Source of the DNA: Clostridiales bacterium
Lineage (GTDB): Bacteria > Bacillota > Clostridia > Christensenellales > UBA1242
Assembly: GCA_015055535.1 (NCBI GenBank)
Contig: SVIA01000002.1
Span: 16,314-80,313, forward strand
Reading direction: 5' to 3'
Length of the DNA stretch: 64,000 nucleotides
Shown here: positions 56,889-64,000 of the stretch, piece by piece
How positions within the stretch are numbered: position 1 is the first letter of the stretch
Layout of the letters: each line of letters opens with the position of its first letter
The notes under the pieces: model-generated
The model's input: the letters and a program-made list of their open reading frames with translations, nothing else
What the model was told of the DNA's origin: nothing
The model's database searches: none
Translations under genes and position numbers: made by a program

Positions 56889-58328
56889 ATGGTAGAAAGT
56901 CTTTATAAAGATTTAATATCTAATTTAGAGCAAAAACATTTATTAAATATTGATTTAGTAATTAAAGCTTACAACATAGCTTCTTCTTTGCATAAAGAAC
57001 AAAAAAGAAAAGATGGAACTCCTTATATTATGCATCCAGTAAGCGTTGCTAAAATTTTAGAAGAGTTAGATTTTAACGCAGATATTATTGCGAGTGCACT
57101 TTTACATGATGTTGTTGAAGATTGTGGCTATACATTAGAAGAGATAAAACAAAATTTAAATGCAAATGTTGCTCAAATTGTTGATGCAGTTACAGCTATA
57201 GAAAACTTAGACAATAGTAAAGAGTTTGCTAAACTAGATGCAGAAAATAAGACATATCAAAAATTACTTTCAATAGGAAAAGATAATAGGTTTGCATTTT
57301 TTATAAAATTTGCAGATAGATTAAATAATTTAAAAACAATTTCATGTTTTCCTAAATATAAACAAATAGAAAAAGTTAAAGAAACTGAAAATTGGTTAAT
57401 ACCTATTTTAAAAATTTTCAAAGCAACCTATTTATTTAATGCAATTAGAAATGAATGTTTTTTAATAAAAAATTCCAATATAATTTCTAAATTTTTATTT
57501 AGATATGATAAATATAATCGATTAAACGAAAACAACTTTAATTTTGTTAAAAGTTATTTAAGTGACAATTTAAATCACTTTATATTTAAGAAAAAATACA
57601 ATTTAAATTTAAAAAAAGCCGTAATGGAAAATGTTTTACCTGTAGAAACTTATGAAAATTTAATAAAGTCTCATACTATAGAAAAACTAACATATTTTAG
57701 AACACATCAATTTAATGCAACAACATTTAAAAAGATATTTATTTTATTTGATGAAGATGATAAGAAAAAAGAAATCAATAATATGTTTTTTGATTTTATT
57801 TCTCAGCCGCAAGTTGAAAAAAATATTAATTTAATAGGTTATTCACACGACCCTAATTTTAATCATAGTTATTTTATTTTAGTTGATAATTGCAAAAATA
57901 AATATGAAGTTTATTTGTTTACCGAAAAAGAATATATTGAATATAAAAATGGTTCAATTGAAGGTGCTGAAATAGAACATATTGAAGATGACACAACAAA
58001 ACCCAATGAAAATTTTATAAAAGTTTTTACTAAAAGTGGTGAAGAAATTTATTTGCCAGAAGGATCAACGGTTTTAGATTTTGCTTTTAAAATTCATAAC
58101 GATTTGGGATTTTCATGTTTACATGCACATTTAAACGAAAGTCCTTCTAAAACACCAATTTATGCTAAACTTACTCAAAACGATAAAGTAAATTTAGTAT
58201 TAAAATTAGATGATGAAACTGGTCATAAACAAAACATAGCACAAATTCGTTGGCTTACTTATGTAAACACGGAAAATGCGAAAAAAAATTTGGCGAAATA
58301 TTTTGAAAATAAATATGAAAACTTATAA
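56889..58328 (+). CDS. RelA/SpoT homologue with HD hydrolase and TGS domains and a degenerate synthetase domain, truncated after TGS
   Basis: HD motifs are RKDGTPYIMHPVSVA, LLHDVVEDCG and IKFADRLNNL. The TGS domain is IKVFTKSGEEIYLPEGSTVLDFAFKIHNDLG. The central region lacks the G-R-x-K-H, D-x-x-A-x-R and EVQIRT synthetase motifs (VLPVETYENL, IFILFDEDD and YEVYLFTEKE stand in their places). TAAGGAG SD is present. Confidence 0.7.
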   Translation: MVESLYKDLISNLEQKHLLNIDLVIKAYNIASSLHKEQKRKDGTPYIMHPVSVAKILEELDFNADIIASALLHDVVEDCGYTLEEIKQNLNANVAQIVDAVTAIENLDNSKEFAKLDAENKTYQKLLSIGKDNRFAFFIKFADRLNNLKTISCFPKYKQIEKVKETENWLIPILKIFKATYLFNAIRNECFLIKNSNIISKFLFRYDKYNRLNENNFNFVKSYLSDNLNHFIFKKKYNLNLKKAVMENVLPVETYENLIKSHTIEKLTYFRTHQFNATTFKKIFILFDEDDKKKEINNMFFDFISQPQVEKNINLIGYSHDPNFNHSYFILVDNCKNKYEVYLFTEKEYIEYKNGSIEGAEIEHIEDDTTKPNENFIKVFTKSGEEIYLPEGSTVLDFAFKIHNDLGFSCLHAHLNESPSKTPIYAKLTQNDKVNLVLKLDDETGHKQNIAQIRWLTYVNTENAKKNLAKYFENKYENL

Positions 58329-58455
58329 CTTTATTAATATTTATTACATTTAAGCAAATAATAAAAATAAAATCTATGAAAAATATGAAAAACTTTTATT
58401 TTTAGTAGACTTTTTAGTCAAAATATTTTATTATATATATAGAATTTGGTGGAAT

Positions 58456-59130
58456 ATGTCGATAAAAAAACAAATGATTGAGAGAAAAAAAATATATATT
58501 GTAGGTGCAATCGTAGCATTAGTGTGTTTGCTAGCGTGTGTTTTTGGCGTAACATTAGCTTATATTATTGGACATGTTCAAGATGATACAGAAGGCGGAT
58601 TGCCTTTTGTTAAAGGTGAAGTTTATTACAATACAACTAAATTGGCTACAGTTAATGATAATGGAATAGATTCAAGTGTTATAACAGGTAGCATTAATAG
58701 TAGTGGAGTTGTTTCATTAAATGTTGCTGGTAGTGTAATTACAGCTAATCCTGGAGAAAATTTGGCTTTGCCTATTTATATTAAAAATTCTGGGAATGTT
58801 CAAGCAGAAATAATGAGTGTTGTAGCTGCAATTAGTATAAAAAATACAAGTAATCAAGAAATGAGTAACACAGCTATTCCCAATGGAACTGAAGAGACTT
58901 TTTATTTAACATTTATTACTCCAACAGCAAATTCTGAAAAAATTAATGTGTTAAGTAATACAATATTTAGTTTTCAAGAAGCTTTGTTAGATGCACAAGA
59001 GGCTAGTCAATTTCAAATTATATCAGCTTTAAATGTAGCAAGTGATATTACGAGTTCATTTTTAGTTGATTGTTCGTTTACAATAACATTATATGTGGAA
59101 ATTGGACAGGTTGGAATAAGTAATTTATAA
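58456..59130 (+). CDS. TasA/camelysin-like secreted protein with a SipW-type signal region
   Basis: The N-terminus KKIYIVGAIVALVCLLACVFGVTLAYIIG has a signal region. LALPIYIKNSGNVQAEI resembles the ..v.N.Gsl.a.. strand of the TasA/M73 family. Confidence 0.5.
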   Translation: MSIKKQMIERKKIYIVGAIVALVCLLACVFGVTLAYIIGHVQDDTEGGLPFVKGEVYYNTTKLATVNDNGIDSSVITGSINSSGVVSLNVAGSVITANPGENLALPIYIKNSGNVQAEIMSVVAAISIKNTSNQEMSNTAIPNGTEETFYLTFITPTANSEKINVLSNTIFSFQEALLDAQEASQFQIISALNVASDITSSFLVDCSFTITLYVEIGQVGISNL

Positions 59131-59145
59131 TTTGTAATTTAAAAA

Positions 59146-60969
59146 ATGCGAGGGGTTATGGCTAAAAATAGTAAAGTATTTAAATACGTAATTACTATAT
59201 TGTTCTTAGTAGCGCTACTTTTAAGTAGTCTTGTTTCTGTGACCCTTGCTTATTTTTCAGATAAAGAAGAAAACTCAATTATAATAAATCCAGCAAAAAT
59301 GAGAACGGAGATAGTAACAGAACAGTTAAGTGCATCAGATTTTATTGCTGGTAAAATATTTAATAAAAGTTTAAATGCAACATTCACAGGTTATTTTGAT
59401 ATTTATTTTAGAACATATGCAGAAGTTAGTGTTGAAACTTATAATGAAGAAAAAGTTAAAGAAAATCGTTTAGATTTAGTTAAAACTGTGTATGTAGATA
59501 AATGCGTAGAAGGGACTGATGGTAAACATTATTTTGCATCAGAATGGCTTTGGGGAGCAGCTGATTCACCTATATATAATATGTATAATGTACCAAGATC
59601 TTTAAATTTGAGCGATTCTAGAATAAATAAAACAGTTGATTTAAATTATGTATTTAAAGTAAGTGATAATTTAACTGAAACAATGTTTGAAAATACTAAT
59701 GGTAATTTTGATTCATCTTTAAAAGTAGTAATAACTTATCATATTGAATACATTCAAAAAGCGGGTTATTCTAATTGGGTTAATTTTGATTCAGCAAGTT
59801 TAGAAGCAAATAAAATTATGGGAAATACTACTCAAGATTCTACTCCTAGTCAAAATAGCCCTAGTGCATTAAAACATACAGGAACATTAATTACAAGCGA
59901 TAATTATGTTTCTTTGGGGTTAGATAGTAAATATATTGGTAAATATGCTATTTCTCTAAAAGAAAATGGAATAAATAGAAACTTATTTGATATTTCAAAA
60001 TTAAGACGTTTAGTTAGTTATAACACTCAAGAGTCTTTAAGATTTTCTGAGGTGACAAATAATAGTGTATCAATAACTTATAACAAAGAATATGTTCAAA
60101 ATCGCTACGATAATGAACAAAAAACAGTTAATGGTTATACACAAACATTAATGAAATTATCAGAATTAGCACCAAGTTTAGAAGTTGGAAAAACATATAC
60201 TTTAAGTTTTAATAAAACCCTTAGTGGTTCAGAGGCTTGGAATTTATTTTATTTAGAAGCACCATATGCTGCTGTTTGGAGCAATGGTAAAAGCTTAACA
60301 ATTTCTCAAGATATGTTAGATTCTACTGTTGTTATGTATGGACCTTTAATTGATTTAGGTGAAGCTCCAGAAGATGGCGAAGAATATGACTATACTAACA
60401 CTATATATAATATTAAAATAGAAGAAGGAACAACAATAACTCAATATACTCCTTATGGAAAAGATTATATTATTTTAGATGAACCTCTTAAAAGTGTTAC
60501 TCATTATTCTGATAAAACTAAAATAGTTAAAGATTATATAGATTTAGAGAATGGTGTTGTAGCTAGAAAAACAAAATCTATTATACTATCTAGTGAGTTA
60601 GATATTAATTGGAGTACAAATTCATCACAAAACAATATTGAAGGGACTTACTTTGTTTTATTAAATAAAAATACATTGTTTGGTAGTTATGATGCAACTA
60701 AATTTAATAATGGCGGTCTAATGATGATGCAGTTTGGTATTTCATCACATTTTGAAAATTGTAGAACTGTTCATAATACTTCAAGCGTTGGATTTTCTAC
60801 TCAATCATTATCAGCTAGTCCACCATATTTTGCAATAAGGCTTGTTTTAGATGATATGTCTACACAAGGGGCAAGAGATTGGTGTGATGATCAAAAAGAA
60901 AGTGGTACACCTGTTGAATTTGTGTTTGCTTATTACGAAGCTCAATTTGAAAGAATTGTTTATGCTTAA
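59146..60969 (+). CDS. large secreted protein with a SipW-type signal/TasA-like N-domain and a ~380-aa C-terminal domain resembling phage receptor-binding proteins
   Basis: ILFLVALLLSSLVSVTLAYFSDKEEN matches the SipW-cognate signal (..T.AyFsD). For the C-terminal half see the findings. The start could alternatively be 59158. Confidence 0.5.
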   Translation: MRGVMAKNSKVFKYVITILFLVALLLSSLVSVTLAYFSDKEENSIIINPAKMRTEIVTEQLSASDFIAGKIFNKSLNATFTGYFDIYFRTYAEVSVETYNEEKVKENRLDLVKTVYVDKCVEGTDGKHYFASEWLWGAADSPIYNMYNVPRSLNLSDSRINKTVDLNYVFKVSDNLTETMFENTNGNFDSSLKVVITYHIEYIQKAGYSNWVNFDSASLEANKIMGNTTQDSTPSQNSPSALKHTGTLITSDNYVSLGLDSKYIGKYAISLKENGINRNLFDISKLRRLVSYNTQESLRFSEVTNNSVSITYNKEYVQNRYDNEQKTVNGYTQTLMKLSELAPSLEVGKTYTLSFNKTLSGSEAWNLFYLEAPYAAVWSNGKSLTISQDMLDSTVVMYGPLIDLGEAPEDGEEYDYTNTIYNIKIEEGTTITQYTPYGKDYIILDEPLKSVTHYSDKTKIVKDYIDLENGVVARKTKSIILSSELDINWSTNSSQNNIEGTYFVLLNKNTLFGSYDATKFNNGGLMMMQFGISSHFENCRTVHNTSSVGFSTQSLSASPPYFAIRLVLDDMSTQGARDWCDDQKESGTPVEFVFAYYEAQFERIVYA

Positions 60970-60975
60970 TTAATA

Positions 60976-61000
60976 AAAAGTGCTTTGCACTTTTTATTTT
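60976..61000 (+). terminator. rho-independent terminator
   Basis: AAAAGTGC-TTT-GCACTTTT followed by a T-run. Confidence 0.65.
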
Positions 61001-61175
61001 TTTATAAAAATGAAATTTTTTTTAAAAACCTCTTTTAATTATTAAATATTTGTGATAAAATAAGTAATTGGTGTTGAATACACTTTAAATTATATTAATT
61101 TAAAATAATTGCACTAATTTTAGATTAACTAGGTTTTGTGCTTATTATAATAAAAATAAAAAAGGAAAATGAATT

Positions 61176-63005
61176 ATGATAAACGAAAAATTAAGAAATA
61201 TTGCTATTATTGCCCACGTTGACCATGGAAAAACAAGTTTAGTTAATGAAATGTTAAAACAAGGTGGTGTTTTTAGAGAAAATCAAGATGTTCAAGATAG
61301 AGTTATGGATAATAATGATATTGAAAGAGAAAGAGGAATTACAATTTTAGCAAAAAATGCGGCTTGTAGTTTTAAAGATTATAAAATTAACATTATTGAT
61401 ACTCCAGGACATGCTGATTTTGGTGGAGAAGTTGAAAGAGTTTTAAAAATGGTAGATGGTGTTTTACTAGTTGTAGATGCTTATGAAGGACCAATGCCAC
61501 AAACACGTTTTGTTTTACAAAAAGCATTAGAATTAAACCATAAAGTTATTGTTGTTATTAATAAAACAGACAGACCTGATGCTAGAATTGGCGAAGTAAT
61601 AGATGAGGTTTTAGAGCTTTTATTAGACTTAGATGCAAATGAAGAACAACTAGATAGTCCATTTGTATTTTGTTCATCACGTATGGGCTATGCTAGTTTA
61701 AACAAAGATGAAAAAGGTGAGAACTTTTTACCACTATTACAAAAAATTGTTGATTATATTCCTGCTCCTACTGGAGAAATTGATAAACCTTTTCAAATGT
61801 TAGTTTCTTCTACAGAAAGTTCAGATTATGTTGGTAAAATGGCAATAGGTAAAGTTACAAGAGGAAGTATTAAAGTAAACCAATCAATAACGCTTACAAA
61901 TTATCATAATGAAAAAGCTAATGAAAATGCAAAAGTAACTGCAATTTATCAATTTGATGGTCTTAAAAAGATTGCAGTAGATTCTGCTAGTGTAGGAGAT
62001 ATTGTTTGTATATCTGGATCTCCTAATGTTAGAATTGGTGATACTATTTGTGAAAGTTCTTGTGTAGAGGCTCTTCCTTTCGTAAAAATTAGTGATCCAA
62101 GCGTAGAAATGACTTTTTCAGTTAACGATAGTCCTTTTGCTGGAAAAGAAGGTAAATTTGTTACAAGTAGACATTTAAGAGAAAGATTGTTTAGGGAAGC
62201 AGATAAAGACTTATCTTTAAAAGTAAAAGAAACAAATACTACTGAAGCCTTTGATGTTTGTGGTCGTGGTGAAATGCATTTGTCAATTTTAATTGAAAAT
62301 ATGCGTAGAGAAGGTTATGAATTCCAAGTTTCTATGCCTAAAGTTTTATATAAGACAGATGAAAATGGAAACAAATTAGAACCTATTGATAAGCTAGTTG
62401 TGGACGTTCCTGAAGAATGTATGGGCGTTGTAATGGAAAAGATGGGTAAAAGAAAAGGCGAGTTTATTAATATGTCTAGTCATAATTCTCGTATTAAAAT
62501 GGAATTTTATATTCCATCTCGTGGATTATTTGGTTATAAAAGTGAATTTTTAACTGATACTAAAGGCGAAGGTGTTTTAAATAGCGTTTTTGATAGATAT
62601 GATTTGTATAAAGGCGATATTGAAAGACGTGATATGGGTAGCCTAATTGCTTTTGAAAATGGAGAAAGTATTGTTTACGGCCTTTATAATGCACAAGAAA
62701 GAGGCACATTATTTATTGGCGCAGGCGTTCCTGTTTATGCTGGAATGGTCGTTGGAGAAAATCCACGTGGTGGAGATTTAGTTGTTAATGTTTGTAAAAA
62801 GAAAAATCTTACAAACGTAAGAAGTAGTGCTAGCGATGAGGCTTTAAGATTAATACCTCCAAAAATTATGAGTTTAGAACAATGCTTAGAATTTTTAGAA
62901 GATGATGAACTTTTAGAAATAACACCAAAATCTATAAGAGTTCGTAAGAAAATTCTAGATCACACAATAAGAGGAAGAATGAATTTCCACAATAAAAACG
63001 ATTAA
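61176..63005 (+). CDS. typA: translational GTPase TypA/BipA
   Basis: The G-domain motifs are [20 protein letters not shown] and NKTDR. The size (609 aa) and overall EF-G-like layout fit TypA. Confidence 0.9.
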   Translation: MINEKLRNIAIIAHVDHGKTSLVNEMLKQGGVFRENQDVQDRVMDNNDIERERGITILAKNAACSFKDYKINIIDTPGHADFGGEVERVLKMVDGVLLVVDAYEGPMPQTRFVLQKALELNHKVIVVINKTDRPDARIGEVIDEVLELLLDLDANEEQLDSPFVFCSSRMGYASLNKDEKGENFLPLLQKIVDYIPAPTGEIDKPFQMLVSSTESSDYVGKMAIGKVTRGSIKVNQSITLTNYHNEKANENAKVTAIYQFDGLKKIAVDSASVGDIVCISGSPNVRIGDTICESSCVEALPFVKISDPSVEMTFSVNDSPFAGKEGKFVTSRHLRERLFREADKDLSLKVKETNTTEAFDVCGRGEMHLSILIENMRREGYEFQVSMPKVLYKTDENGNKLEPIDKLVVDVPEECMGVVMEKMGKRKGEFINMSSHNSRIKMEFYIPSRGLFGYKSEFLTDTKGEGVLNSVFDRYDLYKGDIERRDMGSLIAFENGESIVYGLYNAQERGTLFIGAGVPVYAGMVVGENPRGGDLVVNVCKKKNLTNVRSSASDEALRLIPPKIMSLEQCLEFLEDDELLEITPKSIRVRKKILDHTIRGRMNFHNKND

Positions 63006-63025
63006 GTGCCTTTGGCACTTTTTTG
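63004..63025 (+). terminator. rho-independent terminator after typA
   Basis: AAGTGCC-TTT-GGCACTT followed by a T-run. Confidence 0.65.
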
Positions 63026-63222
63026 GTGCCATAGGCATGTTTGTTGTAATTAAGTTATAAATATTCAATTTTATTATTTATTTTTATTTGAATACTTTAT
63101 AATTTTGTATTAATTTTTTATATTAAATACTTTTATTATAAAATTCTTTTTTACATAAATAGTATAAATATAAATTTAATAAATTTATTTGCTTTTTAAC
63201 TTTATTGTGTTATAATAAATTT

Positions 63223-63453
63223 ATGAATCAAAAACAAGTAATGGATTTATTTAAACGTTTTATAATTGTATTTGTATTAGTTTGTATTCCACTAGTAACG
63301 GTTTTAACGCTTTGTACTAAACTATCTTCTGCTTTAGTAATTGTGTTTTCTGTGCTTGGTTGTGGACTTGTGTTTGCGTTAGTTGAATATTTACATTATA
63401 AAACGCTAAAAAAACGAAAAGAAAGAAGAGAAAAATATAAAAAGGATAATTAA
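63223..63453 (+). CDS. small two-TM membrane protein
   Basis: The ATG at 63223 lies 6 nt after a TGTTATAAT box, with no SD. Two hydrophobic helices are followed by a basic tail. Confidence 0.45.
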   Translation: MNQKQVMDLFKRFIIVFVLVCIPLVTVLTLCTKLSSALVIVFSVLGCGLVFALVEYLHYKTLKKRKERREKYKKDN

Positions 63454-63455
63454 TA

Positions 63456-64000
63456 ATGGAACCAAAAATGTTACCACATAATCTAGATGCAGAACAAGCT
63501 ATACTTGGTTGTATGCTTATAGATGAAAAAGTGCCAATGACAGTTGTTAGTGAACTTAAAGAAGAAGATTTTTATTCTGAAACACATAAAATTATTTATA
63601 AAGCAATGATAGAAATTTATAGAAAAAATTTGCCTATAGATTTTGTAACTGTTACAGATGAATTAGATAAAACTGGCCAACTAAACGAAGTTGGTTCTGT
63701 TGCATATATTACAGATTTAACTAATAGCGTGCCTAGTAGTGTTAATTTTAAAAATTATGTAGAATTAATTAAAAGAGATTCTATGTTTAGAAAATTAATA
63801 TACGCTGGTCAAAAAATAATTGAAAATTCATATACTGCAAATGATAAAGTAGAAGCGTTAACGTTTGCAGAAAAAACAGTATTCGATATTAGTCAGAATC
63901 AAGAAACATCACATTTAGTTTCAAGTGAAAAAGCAATTAATGAAGTTATTGAAAAATTTGAATTAATAGAGAAAGATAAATCAGCGTTAGCTGGATTAAA
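63456..64000 (+). CDS. dnaB: replicative DNA helicase DnaB, 3'-truncated by the window edge
   Basis: It is absent from the ORF track because no stop is reached. MEPKMLPHNLDAEQAILGCMLID...FYSETHKIIYKAM is the canonical DnaB N-terminal domain. Confidence 0.85.
   Translation, partial: MEPKMLPHNLDAEQAILGCMLIDEKVPMTVVSELKEEDFYSETHKIIYKAMIEIYRKNLPIDFVTVTDELDKTGQLNEVGSVAYITDLTNSVPSSVNFKNYVELIKRDSMFRKLIYAGQKIIENSYTANDKVEALTFAEKTVFDISQNQETSHLVSSEKAINEVIEKFELIEKDKSALAGL

Noticed and set aside
63026-63040. GGTGCCATAGGCAT after the typA terminator resembles the dinB terminator loop (CTGCCATAGGCAG): possible REP-like dispersed element
   Set aside because: The similarity is limited to about 10 nt of a generic GC-clamp hairpin. 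There is no flanking conservation.
1-64000. Mollicutes-type genetic code 4 (TGA = Trp), considered because of the extreme AT-richness
   Set aside because: All housekeeping genes are full length under the standard code, conserved Trp positions are TGG, and no gene needs TGA read-through.

Overview
This is a very AT-rich chromosomal segment that uses the standard genetic code. Long ORFs are intact without reading through TGA, and Trp is TGG. It looks like a Bacillota-type spore-former because it carries a gerA-type germinant receptor operon. Most genes are on the + strand.

Recognisable housekeeping genes: addA (5' partial), an M18 aminopeptidase, tRNA-Arg(ACG), the gerA operon, a RumA/RlmD-type methyltransferase, gltX, an rnj/O-methyltransferase/hisS operon, dinB, valS-ileS behind a single T-box leader, typA, and dnaB (3' partial).

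Accessory content worth a second look:
1. A ~10 kb phage-derived packaging/head cluster (10669-19550). It has TerL, portal, scaffold, major capsid protein and two holin-like genes, with a sigma-r4-like regulator upstream. I see no tail, integrase, replication or endolysin gene anywhere in the window.
2. A two-gene MuF-Zn/DUF6883-like plus DUF4926-like cassette bracketed by perfect 52-bp direct repeats between dinB and the valS T-box.
3. A three-gene operon encoding an intact metallophosphoesterase, a degenerate paralogue and a zinc ribbon.
4. An XRE-HTH protein co-transcribed with a truncated RelA/SpoT homologue that keeps the hydrolase and TGS domains but has a dead synthetase domain.
5. Two TasA/SipW-signal-type secreted proteins, one with a large C-terminal domain that resembles a phage receptor-binding protein.

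Several genes that lack a Shine-Dalgarno have a TGnTATAAT box 6-8 nt before the ATG, which suggests leaderless mRNAs.

I found no CRISPR array, rRNA, transposase or integrase. All family assignments come from motif recognition by eye. No database search was run.
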